A stretch of 64,000 nucleotides of DNA from Candidatus Micrarchaeota archaeon (GCA_021792095.1 JAJYVH010000001.1:509324-573323); one strand, 5' to 3'. Counted from the first letter of the stretch, positions 7,531 through 15,629 are shown. Numbers and translations: made by a program. Notes: generated by a model not told the origin, from the sequence alone.

Positions 7531-9714
7531 TTATGTAAATACAACTCTATTCGTTTCGCCTCCTGTAACGTCAAACTCGCGGTTGTCCCTCCTCTTCTCG
7601 CCCAAAACAACGAGCCTGTACCTGTTCCCGTTTATCGTTCCCTTAATCTCGGCGTTGCCGTTCTCATCTGTAGCGCCGTGGTAAAACAGTTCGCCGGCAT
7701 AGTATAGCCTGAGCCTCTGCCCCTGCTTCGCCTTCCCTTCTTTATCAACCACTTTAACCGTCATCTCGCCCTTGCCATACTCTTCGTTGTCCTCTTCCCT
7801 TGGTGCCAGTCCCTGGCCGCGTTCAGGCCCGCGCTCCGGTATCCTGACGAACACAGAACCGGCGTGGCCGCGCTCGCCCCTCGCGTCGGTGATGTAGTCT
7901 AGCGCGCAGACGCGCTGCTGCAGCCGTTTGAGCTTCTCGATGAGCGCATCCTTGTCCTCCTCACCGAAGGCGAGATCGTTGGCGGCGAGCTTCGCTATGT
8001 CCGCGCTCTGCCTGAAGTAGAGCTTGGTCTGGAGCATGCGCCTCACCTCCTGCGCTATGTCTGTGGGGCTGTGCGTCAGGAGCACGAGGCCAACGCCTCT
8101 CTTCCTGAAGTCCTGTATCCTTTGCAGCAGGTCCATCGTCGCCGCCGAGCCGTACCTTGCCTCGAACACGAGCTGCGCCTCCTCTATGCACACCAGCATG
8201 CGCAGCTCCCCGTCGCCGTCTGTGCCCAGCTCTTCGGCTATGCTGTACACCTGGTTGAGTATGAGCGCGTAGAGGAAAGGGCGCATCTTGCTGCTCACCC
8301 TTGACAGGTCGAAGACGGCTCCCTTGTCCAGCAGTTCCCTCATGTCAACTCCCTGCCTCTTCGAGAACTCGGGCCTGTTGAGCATGGTCCTGAGGTTTGC
8401 GAGGGCCGACCTGACATTCTCCCCGTGCTTTGTGTACACTGTTCCGGCCCCCGTCTTCTTCCCGTGCTGCTCCAGCACAGCGTCCTCTATGCAGTCGTAT
8501 ACGTCGAGCGGGTCCGGGTCCCTGAGGCGCTCGTAGGCCTTTCGGAACGCAGGCAGGAGGCACTTCTCCAGCGAAGAGGTGTACGGCCCGGCTTCTGAGG
8601 CCGACGCGAGCAGCATGGCCAGGCTCTCGTAGAAGCTCTCTATGCCTATGGCGCTGTCGCACTTGAAGAAGTTGAAATGCGTGCGGCTGCTGTACAGCGT
8701 CACCACCTCCATCCCGCTCTGCCTGCCGAACGCGTCCCATTCGTCCGTTGGCGATATTATCGCGATTCCGACTCTCCCCCTTCGCGACACCTGGCCCGCT
8801 ATGTGCATCGCCGCAACGCTCTTCCCGGTGCCCGGCACGCCCGTGATGAGCGTGCCCAGATTCAGTGTGCTGGCGTCCGCGCCCACGACCTCGCCAGTGG
8901 CGGCCGCTGCCGCGTCCATGTAGTTGCCAAACGTCACCTCGCCGTTCTCCGGCGCCTGCGAGCGTATTGTTATGTTGCTCCTTACTGTGTTGGGTACGCA
9001 GAACAGGCGCGCGCACTGGGTGCTGTCGCAGGGGAACGCGTCGAGTCTAGCTGCCTGCGCCCAGAGGCGTTCCAGGCTGCCCGCCTGCACGCGCCCAGTG
9101 TCCAGCACCAGCAGCCTTGACTTCAGGTAAGCGAGCGGCGTTTCCTGCTCGCCGAGCACGAACAGCACGGCCTTGTAAGCGGTGCCGCTCGTCAGCGACA
9201 CGTTCTTCATGGCGGCCAGTGCGGACAGCAGCACGTCCTTCTCGGCAGAGCCGTGGTAGCTGTCCATGTGCCTGGATGCGCTCTCCGAGGAAGCATCGGC
9301 CCTGCTGCTTATGCTTTGCGTCACAGCGGTCTCCTTTCCGCTCAGCATCTCCTCTATGCTCCTCAGCGCCCTCTCCACTTCGCCGTGCGCCATGGGCACG
9401 AAGGAAGCTATGACGCAGGCGCCAGTGTCTCCGAGCATGCCGTATATTGCGTCAAGCCTGTTCATTTCGCCCACCGGCACCGCCACTACGCGGAGCGCCT
9501 CCCAGCCGTACCCGCATTCGAGCTGTGCCTCCTCCAGCTCAAGGCCGGGCAGCGCAGCCCGGGGCCGCGCTGCGTCCTGCTCCGTTATCAGGAAAAGCTC
9601 CCTGCCCGGGAGGCTGTGGCAGAGCATGAACTGCCTGCCCAGCATCGCCTCCACGAGCCTCTCGTTCTCCATGCCGGCAGGCATCCCCGTTATCCTCTGT
9701 ACGCGTAGCCGCAT
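7531..9714 (-). CDS. HerA/FtsK-like (DUF87) P-loop ATPase with a C-terminal carboxypeptidase-regulatory-like beta-sandwich domain
   Basis: Walker A is GVPGTGKSV and Walker B-like is LRMLVCIEEAQ, followed by LVLLTHSP. The tail MTVKVVDKEGKAKQGQRLRLYY...TDENGNAEI resembles the CarboxypepD_reg fold. The first ~280 aa are unassigned. Confidence 0.6.
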   Translation of the reverse strand: MRLRVQRITGMPAGMENERLVEAMLGRQFMLCHSLPGRELFLITEQDAARPRAALPGLELEEAQLECGYGWEALRVVAVPVGEMNRLDAIYGMLGDTGACVIASFVPMAHGEVERALRSIEEMLSGKETAVTQSISSRADASSESASRHMDSYHGSAEKDVLLSALAAMKNVSLTSGTAYKAVLFVLGEQETPLAYLKSRLLVLDTGRVQAGSLERLWAQAARLDAFPCDSTQCARLFCVPNTVRSNITIRSQAPENGEVTFGNYMDAAAAATGEVVGADASTLNLGTLITGVPGTGKSVAAMHIAGQVSRRGRVGIAIISPTDEWDAFGRQSGMEVVTLYSSRTHFNFFKCDSAIGIESFYESLAMLLASASEAGPYTSSLEKCLLPAFRKAYERLRDPDPLDVYDCIEDAVLEQHGKKTGAGTVYTKHGENVRSALANLRTMLNRPEFSKRQGVDMRELLDKGAVFDLSRVSSKMRPFLYALILNQVYSIAEELGTDGDGELRMLVCIEEAQLVFEARYGSAATMDLLQRIQDFRKRGVGLVLLTHSPTDIAQEVRRMLQTKLYFRQSADIAKLAANDLAFGEEDKDALIEKLKRLQQRVCALDYITDARGERGHAGSVFVRIPERGPERGQGLAPREEDNEEYGKGEMTVKVVDKEGKAKQGQRLRLYYAGELFYHGATDENGNAEIKGTINGNRYRLVVLGEKRRDNREFDVTGGETNRVVFT

Positions 9715-9755
9715 GCAGTATTGTTTACTTTAGTATATATAATTGTATCTGCATA

Positions 9756-10439
9756 TCAGGTAATGAGCTTCAGTATCCTGCCCCTGTCCTTCAGGCTGTC
9801 CACCGCGACGTCGGCCCCTGCGCCCAGGAGGGCCTCCTTGGCGAAAGGTCCCAGTGCCACGCCCGCCGACTTTATGCCGTTGTCCTTGGCGGCGACCACG
9901 AACGATGGCGAATTGCACACAAGCACTGCGCTGTCCACGTTGCCAAATTCAGTCTTCGCCTTACCTAGCGCCATATTGACTATGCCCTTGGCGTCCTTCG
10001 CCTCGTTGCCGAACGCCCCGAAGCTGAAGTACTCGCCCAGTCCGGCCTTCTCCAACCTGAACCTTGCCACCTTCTCTATCTCGCCTGTAGCTATCCCTAT
10101 GGCTATGCCCTTAGCCTTCAGCTCCTTGAGCAGCTCAACCGCCCCTTCCGTGACGAGCTGCTTCTCGTGGCCCGCGACGTTGTAGTACGTGTAGAAGAGG
10201 TCCTCCATGAGCCTGGGCAGCTTCTCCTCGGCGTCCTCCCTGCTGACGCCGTTGGCCATGAGTGCGGCCTCCGCGGTCTCCTGGGCCGTGAGGCCGGCGT
10301 AGTCAGAGATGTTGAAGTCTATGCTGAGGCCGTATATGTTCCTTATGGACTCGGCGCAGTACTCTGATATGTCTATGCTGTCCTTCGTGAGCAGGTCCTT
10401 CACTTCAAAGAGTGCAAGCTGGGTCATTCCATCAACCAA
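9756..10439 (-). CDS. HAD-superfamily-like protein with degenerate catalytic motifs
   Basis: HAD Rossmann layout (GIAIGIATG..., VAAKDNGIKSAGV). Motif I is FEVKDLLT instead of DxDGT, and motif IV is VCNSPSF instead of GDxxxD. Confidence 0.55.
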   Translation of the reverse strand: MVDGMTQLALFEVKDLLTKDSIDISEYCAESIRNIYGLSIDFNISDYAGLTAQETAEAALMANGVSREDAEEKLPRLMEDLFYTYYNVAGHEKQLVTEGAVELLKELKAKGIAIGIATGEIEKVARFRLEKAGLGEYFSFGAFGNEAKDAKGIVNMALGKAKTEFGNVDSAVLVCNSPSFVVAAKDNGIKSAGVALGPFAKEALLGAGADVAVDSLKDRGRILKLIT

Positions 10440-10488
10440 ACCTGAGCGTCCTTGATAAGGTATTAATAGCTTAAATGCCTATCTGCTG

Positions 10489-11121
10489 TTGCCGGTGCTG
10501 CCTATGGACTTCTATTCACCTGCGGATGGCGCCAAGCTCGTCAGGGCTGCGCGCAACGCAATAGAGCTCTACATAGGCTCCAGGGAGTTCAGGAATGAGG
10601 CGGTGGAGCGCACCATACCTGGCTTCACGCAGAAGCACGGCGTGTTCGTCACACTGTACCACTACCCCACCATGTCGCTCAGGGGCTGCATAGGCTTCTC
10701 GGAGCCGATAGGCGAGCTGAAAGGCATGCTAGTTGAGGCCGCGGTCGCAGCTGCAGCCGATGACCCCAGGTTCGTCCCTGTCTCGCACCTGGAGCTTGAG
10801 CACCTGCTGGTAGAGGTAAGCGTGCTGTCCGCGCCAGAGCGGCTCAAGGGAAGCCCGGAAGCGATCAGGAAGCAGGTAAGGATAGGCCGCGACGGCCTGA
10901 TAATAGAGTACGGCTACAACAAGGGGCTGCTGCTGCCCATAGTGGCGGTGGAGGAGCGATGGAGCGTGCCGAAGTTCCTCGGCGAGGTGTGCATTAAGGC
11001 CGGCCTGCCAGAGCACGCGTGGCGCTCTAGCGGCGCGCAGCTGTACAGGTTCTCCACGCAGGTGTTCAGGGAGCGCGAGCCGCGTGGCAGGGCTGAGGAA
11101 GTAAGGCTAGAGACACCATGA
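10489..11121 (+). CDS. AMMECR1-domain protein
   Basis: SLRGCIGFSEP signature, ~210 aa. Its stop overlaps the dinB start (ATGA). Confidence 0.8.
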   Translation: MPVLPMDFYSPADGAKLVRAARNAIELYIGSREFRNEAVERTIPGFTQKHGVFVTLYHYPTMSLRGCIGFSEPIGELKGMLVEAAVAAAADDPRFVPVSHLELEHLLVEVSVLSAPERLKGSPEAIRKQVRIGRDGLIIEYGYNKGLLLPIVAVEERWSVPKFLGEVCIKAGLPEHAWRSSGAQLYRFSTQVFREREPRGRAEEVRLETP

Positions 11122-12197
11122 GACTAATACTGCTAGTAGACATGGACTATTTCTTCGTTGCCTGCGAGGAGCTGCGCAGGCCCGATATAAAGGGCAAGCC
11201 TGCTGTGGTGGGCTCCGACCCCAGGCCGACCGGCGGGCGCGGGGTGGTGATGACTGCCAACTACCCGGCCAGGAAGTTCGGGCTCAGGAGCGGCATGCCG
11301 CTCTCATTGGCGTACCGCATAAAGAAGGACACGATCTACATGCCGGAGGACTTCGAGTACTACGAGCAGGTGTCGAGGAAGGTGATGGACCTGATAAAGA
11401 AGTACGCCGACAGGTTCGAGCAGGTGAGCATAGACGAGGCCTTCGCCGACGTCTCGGTTAGGGCGAAGAGCTACGAGGACGCGCTTGCGCTGGCGGCCAG
11501 GCTGAAGAAGGAGATGAAGGAGGAGCTGGGGCTGCCGTGCTCAATAGGCGTTAGCACCAACAAGCTCGTGGCCAAGATGGCTAGCGAGGACGCCAAGCCC
11601 AACGGGATCAAGCTCGTCAAGGAGGCTGACGCCAAGGAGTTCCTTTCCGGGAAGCGGGTGGGCGACCTCTACGGCGTAGGGAAGAAGATGGGCAAGGTGC
11701 TGGAGGGCTTCGGCTACAAGACAATAGGCGACCTGGCGAAGGCCAACCCTGTTGTGCTGGTAGAGAGGTTCAAGTCATACGGCGCAGAGCTCCACAACTC
11801 CGCCAACGGCATAGACGAGAGCGAGGTGCAGGAGAACTGGGAGGTCAAGTCGATAGGCAGGGAGAGGACCTTTGCCAGGGACACGAGCGACAGGGAGGAG
11901 GTGGCCAGGCTGTTCGGCGGCATGTCAAAGGAGGTGGGAGAGGAGCTGGGGAAGCAGGGCCTGGCGTTCAAGGTGGTGACCATCAAGCTCCGCTACGCCG
12001 ACTTCGAGGAAGTGCTGAAGAGCAGGAGCCTGACGCACAGGTCCGTGGACCCCGAGGAGATATCGCGGGTGGCGATTCAGCTGTTCGACAGGTACGCGGA
12101 GCGCGGCGAGGAGCTGAGGAAGATAGGCGTGAGGGTGTCCAACCTGGTCAAGTACAGGGGCCAGAAGAGCATGAAGGAATACGCGGCAGGCGGCTAG
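11118..12197 (+). CDS. dinB: Y-family DNA polymerase IV (Dbh/Dpo4-like)
   Basis: LLVDMDYFFVACEE, SIDEAFADVS and the little-finger region; 359 aa. Confidence 0.9.
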   Translation: MRLILLVDMDYFFVACEELRRPDIKGKPAVVGSDPRPTGGRGVVMTANYPARKFGLRSGMPLSLAYRIKKDTIYMPEDFEYYEQVSRKVMDLIKKYADRFEQVSIDEAFADVSVRAKSYEDALALAARLKKEMKEELGLPCSIGVSTNKLVAKMASEDAKPNGIKLVKEADAKEFLSGKRVGDLYGVGKKMGKVLEGFGYKTIGDLAKANPVVLVERFKSYGAELHNSANGIDESEVQENWEVKSIGRERTFARDTSDREEVARLFGGMSKEVGEELGKQGLAFKVVTIKLRYADFEEVLKSRSLTHRSVDPEEISRVAIQLFDRYAERGEELRKIGVRVSNLVKYRGQKSMKEYAAGG

Positions 12198-12461
12198 GCA
12201 GCGCCTAAGGTGGCATTTGGCCTGTAGATATCCTTTATTTTCATTCCATTGTGTGCTTGTTGAGCTCGCTTTCTGCAGAATCTATTTCTCCGGCAGCAAT
12301 GACCGGCATTTCGTCGACGGACGGCTCCGGGCTCCCCTCTATGAAGTTCATTGTTTAGCTCTCCGCAGACCGCTGGCCTCGTAGGCTCGGCCGGCTTGCG
12401 TGGCTCGCTCCATGGGCATTTTTTGGCGCTTTTCCATGCTTCCCACAGGCGTTTCGCAAGG

Positions 12462-12469
12462 TTTAAAAG
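12462..12469 (+). promoter_or_regulatory. TATA box (TTTAAAAG) of small-ORF paralog 2
   Basis: Same cassette position as the other copies, 41 nt upstream of ATG 12503. Confidence 0.5.
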
Positions 12470-12502
12470 GCTAACCGGCGATGTATGACCAGGTAGTGGA
12501 GA

Positions 12503-12673
12503 ATGGCAAAGCTAGTCAGACTGTACCAGAGCAAGAGCACGACTGTGCTAGTGTTCAGCGGCAACAGCTGCCCCAGAATAAAGCTCAGCAGCGAATCTGC
12601 CGTGTTCAGGGACGACTTCTCCGATGGCTTCAGGCTGAGCAAACAGCTCGCAAAAACGGTAGGCAGCACCTAA
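12503..12673 (+). CDS. Small protein, 56 aa, subtype A of the paralog family
   Basis: MAKLVRLYQSKSTTVLVFSGNSCPRIKLSSESAVFRDDFSDGFRLSKQLAKTVGST, preceded by GGAG. It is below the track cut-off and nucleotide-identical to 12850..13020. Confidence 0.65.
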   Translation: MAKLVRLYQSKSTTVLVFSGNSCPRIKLSSESAVFRDDFSDGFRLSKQLAKTVGST

Positions 12674-12808
12674 GAAACACTGATTTGCTCTTCTGCTTTC
12701 CTTATTCTAGCGCCACTTATATCCGGCTTAGGCTCGGTCGGCTTGCGTGGCTCGCTCCATTGGCATTTTTTGGCGCTTTTCCATGCTTCACACAGGCGTT
12801 TCGCAAGG

Positions 12809-12816
12809 TTTAAAAG
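12809..12816 (+). promoter_or_regulatory. TATA box (TTTAAAAG) of small-ORF paralog 3
   Basis: Same cassette position, 41 nt upstream of ATG 12850. Confidence 0.5.
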
Positions 12817-12849
12817 GCTAACCAGCGATGTATGGCCAGGTAGTGGAGA

Positions 12850-13020
12850 ATGGCAAAGCTAGTCAGACTGTACCAGAGCAAGAGCACGACTGTGCTAGTG
12901 TTCAGCGGCAACAGCTGCCCCAGAATAAAGCTCAGCAGCGAATCTGCCGTGTTCAGGGACGACTTCTCCGATGGCTTCAGGCTGAGCAAACAGCTCGCAA
13001 AAACGGTAGGCAGCACCTAA
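12850..13020 (+). CDS. Small protein, 56 aa, subtype A (identical duplicate)
   Basis: Nucleotide-identical to 12503..12673, exactly one 347-bp period downstream. Confidence 0.65.
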   Translation: MAKLVRLYQSKSTTVLVFSGNSCPRIKLSSESAVFRDDFSDGFRLSKQLAKTVGST

Positions 13021-13155
13021 GAAACACTGATTTGCTCTTCTGCTTTCCTTATTCTAGCGCCACTTATATCCGGCTTAGGCTCGGTCGGCTTGCGTGGCTC
13101 GCTCCATTGGCATTTTTTGGCGCTTTTCCATGCTTCACACAGGCGTTTCGCAAGG

Positions 13156-13163
13156 TTTAAAAG
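13156..13163 (+). promoter_or_regulatory. TATA box (TTTAAAAG) of small-ORF paralog 4
   Basis: Same cassette position, 41 nt upstream of ATG 13197. Confidence 0.5.
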
Positions 13164-13196
13164 GCTAACCAGCGATGTATGGCCAGGTAGTGGAGA

Positions 13197-13376
13197 ATGG
13201 GAAGCAAGATAGGTAGCTTCGGTAGGCTGTATGCGAGCAGGAGTACTGTAGTCTTTGTGTCAAGCCCTAAGGACTGCCCCAAGGTACTCCTTGCGAGGTC
13301 TGCCGGCAGGCTCAAGGACGACTTCTCCAAGGGCTTCAGGGCGAGGAAGGCGCTGCTGAAGGCCACTCTTGGCTGA
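13197..13376 (+). CDS. Small protein, 59 aa, subtype B
   Basis: MGSKIGSFGRLYASRSTVVFVSSPKDCPKVLLARSAGRLKDDFSKGFRARKALLKATLG. The 5' 42 nt and 3' ~75 nt are identical to 5160..5339, and the centre differs with many synonymous changes. Confidence 0.65.
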   Translation: MGSKIGSFGRLYASRSTVVFVSSPKDCPKVLLARSAGRLKDDFSKGFRARKALLKATLG

Positions 13377-13389
13377 TACGCAGCTCGGC

Positions 13390-14790
13390 TTAGATGGGTC
13401 CAGCTTCTGAATTAGCAAGCACTCTAGCGCCCCGTATGTCCAATCGCGGCTCAGCAGCTTTCTTCCTTCCAGTGCTTTCGTAGTCTATCCTCTCTGTTTT
13501 GTCCCTGCCGTACTGGCTCTCTAGTATCTTCTGCTGCACCGAGTGCGCGTTGTCGAATCGCCTGTAGCAGAAGTTGCCCACCAGCATGTTAGAGGCCACG
13601 AGGGTGCTGAGCTTGACCCCCATGTCCAGCGCAGTGAGCTCCTCTACCGCCTTGTCCAGCTCGTCGTACTCGAACACCGGCATGAATATGACCGAGCCGT
13701 CCGGCGATATCGTGTCGTAGACGCAGAGGTACCTGTTCGTCTGCGTTCCGTTGTCCCAGATTATGTTGGATAGGGATTCGTGCCTCTTTGCCGAGAACTT
13801 TACCCTGTTTGTTATGCACTTGAATATGACGCCTATGTACCTTATCGGCAGCTTGCGCATCGTGATCGTTGTGCGCTTTATCTTGCCCTCGCTCCTAAGC
13901 GTGTGGTATGTGTAGCTGGCCCTGCCTGCGTCGAAGCCGTACTTCTCGTCTATCTTGGAGAACTCTACGCTCGCGTCGTCGTTGAGCTCTCTCAGCACCG
14001 CGTACTCCCTGGCCCTGACGCCGCCTTCCTCCTTCAGCAGATCTATGAACTCACTCCTGAAAGGCACGAATCCGTAGTCCTCGTATACTGGTGTGACACT
14101 CCACACTGAGTCGTAAGTGCCAAGCCTATTCCTCAAATTCACAATCAGCAGGTTCGCTTCCTCCACATTCTTCACGAGCACGTGCAGGATCACGTCGTAC
14201 TCGCCCTTGGCAAGCATCGCCAGCTGTACTCTGGGCTCCAGGAGCATTGCGCTCCTCAGCTCTTCCGTTGGCGGAATCCCATTGATGAATTTCACTGTAA
14301 CAAGGAGCTGCATGTAGCCGAACTTGCCGGCGTCTATCTCAGGCACATACCTTATCCCGTACTTCCTCTCGAGGCTCTTCTTCTGCCAGGCGGTAGCGTT
14401 GACGCTCAAGCCCGTCATCCTCGCGAGCGCAGGCAGCGATATCCTGCCGTTCATGCTCAGCGCAGTGAGCAGCGTCTTCTCGTGCCTGTTGCTGCGCTCC
14501 CCCTGAGCGCTGCCGCTTCCTGCGTCTCCAAAGTTAGGCGCACTCCTCACGCCTTCGAGCTCCACCTGCACCGGGCTGGGCCATTGCGTGCTCCTCTTGG
14601 CCACGAACTCGCCCTCGTCAGTTATCTTGCCCTGGTACGTGCTTATCTTCCTCTTCCTGCCTGTGGCCGCGTCCTTCCTTACGTACGAGAGGTAGACGTA
14701 GTAGTGCCTGTCTATCCTCTTAAGCTCGCAGGCGCTGTTCTTCGCCTTCAGCTCGCTGAAGGCCTGCAGTACCCTATCCCCGACCTCCAC
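13390..14790 (-). CDS. Transcriptional regulator with two tandem Lrp/AsnC-like (HTH + RAM) modules and an extra N-terminal domain
   Basis: Module 1 is LLTALSMNGRISLPALARMTGLSVNATAWQKKSLE...YMQLLVTVKF...YDVILHVLV. Module 2 is REYAVLRELNDDASVEFSKIDEKYG...YIGVIFKC...GSVIFMPVF. The N-terminus reads RHYYVYLSYVRKD..GRKRKISTYQGKI. Confidence 0.6.
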   Translation of the reverse strand: MEVGDRVLQAFSELKAKNSACELKRIDRHYYVYLSYVRKDAATGRKRKISTYQGKITDEGEFVAKRSTQWPSPVQVELEGVRSAPNFGDAGSGSAQGERSNRHEKTLLTALSMNGRISLPALARMTGLSVNATAWQKKSLERKYGIRYVPEIDAGKFGYMQLLVTVKFINGIPPTEELRSAMLLEPRVQLAMLAKGEYDVILHVLVKNVEEANLLIVNLRNRLGTYDSVWSVTPVYEDYGFVPFRSEFIDLLKEEGGVRAREYAVLRELNDDASVEFSKIDEKYGFDAGRASYTYHTLRSEGKIKRTTITMRKLPIRYIGVIFKCITNRVKFSAKRHESLSNIIWDNGTQTNRYLCVYDTISPDGSVIFMPVFEYDELDKAVEELTALDMGVKLSTLVASNMLVGNFCYRRFDNAHSVQQKILESQYGRDKTERIDYESTGRKKAAEPRLDIRGARVLANSEAGPI

Positions 14791-15335
14791 ATGCTCCCCA
14801 CAGTATATTGTGGCTCCCCGCCTATTTAAACATTCGTGAGAGATTTCCCTAGCCTTCCCTAAGCAGCTTCCGGCCAGGCGCGTTTTTGGTAAGTATTCTG
14901 ATTTTATCCTGGGCCAGACCGGCGGTTTACCACGACGAACCTATGGATTCCTGGCTCGCCAATAAGTACAGGAAAGGGCATAACACTACTCAAAGGTTGG
15001 GGGCTGCGATGGAGAACGCGTTGGGAAATACTGTTTCTGTACTTACCCACTACCCACTTCCCGCACGCCCCTCTGCCGCCCCCGCCTTCCGCTTCGCGTT
15101 GCTTGGGCAGGCGCGTGGCAGTCCGGAGGGGCACTCGTGTTCCTTCGGCCCCACCCACCACGCGCGCTCTCATGCTTGGATGAGACCATGAGGATAGGGA
15201 TTTTTGATATAAGACTGGCGAGGAAGGCGGCTGCTGAGACGAAACGCGGCGATGACGGCAGCAGGCCGGTCAAGTTCGTGCCCGACGGCTACAACTCGTG
15301 GCGCGTAGTTTGGGCCGATTGAGCCAAGTGGTCAT

Positions 15336-15629
15336 TTGAAGGGCAAATGTGTACGTGTGGGCGCTACAAGGGAGTGCTTCCTGCTGCTAAATCCAAGCAT
15401 GAGCAAAAGCTCGCACGAAGTGGCGAAGGCAATAGCTGTGTGCGAGGGCGTAAGGAAGGTATTCCTGACCAGCGGGGATTTCGGGTTTGTAGTTTCGGCT
15501 TCTATCCATGATGAACGTTCCGCGAAAGAAATGCAGCTAATGGCGAAAAGAATCGAAGGTGTAGCAAGGGCCAAGATTGTCGTAGGGCATTTTGTCTACG
15601 CGCAGAGAAGCGGAACGGCCGCCCCATAG
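15336..15629 (+). CDS. Stand-alone Lrp/AsnC ligand-binding (RAM) domain protein
   Basis: 97 aa. CFLLLNPSMSKSSHEVAKAIAVCEGVRKVFLTSGDFGFVVSA matches the RAM-domain beta-alpha-beta pattern. TTG start. Confidence 0.5.
   Translation: MKGKCVRVGATRECFLLLNPSMSKSSHEVAKAIAVCEGVRKVFLTSGDFGFVVSASIHDERSAKEMQLMAKRIEGVARAKIVVGHFVYAQRSGTAAP

Larger units (their letters stand above)
12382..13376. repeat. Head-to-tail tandem array, 347-bp period, about 2.9 units; each unit is promoter cassette + small ORF + T-rich tail
   Basis: Units are 12382-12728, 12729-13075 and 13076-~13376. Units 1 and 2 differ at only a few positions. Unit 3 shares the promoter but carries the subtype-B ORF. Confidence 0.9.

Noticed and set aside
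12481-13160. 110-aa + strand ORFs (12481..12813, 12828..13160) and the 68-69-aa minus ORFs across the repeat units
   Set aside because: The 110-aa frame reads through the next unit's promoter and is closed by a stop (MYGQVVENGKQDR-stop) in the subtype-B copies. The minus ORFs are antisense shadows. Only the 56-59-aa frame is conserved in all four copies.
12382-13376. Whether the tandem repeat is a CRISPR array
   Set aside because: The period is 347 bp, and each unit is a near-complete copy of promoter, ORF and tail. There are no short direct repeats alternating with unique spacers and no cas genes in the window.
14886-15191. 101-aa + and 89-aa minus ORFs in the long intergenic region, and an SRP RNA or RNase P RNA assignment for the region
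   Set aside because: The ORFs are low-complexity with no start context. I could not find the GGAAAGUCC (RNase P) core, a clean GGAA/AGCA helix-8 (SRP) core, or 5'/3' terminal pairing. The region is therefore reported only as an unassigned structured segment.
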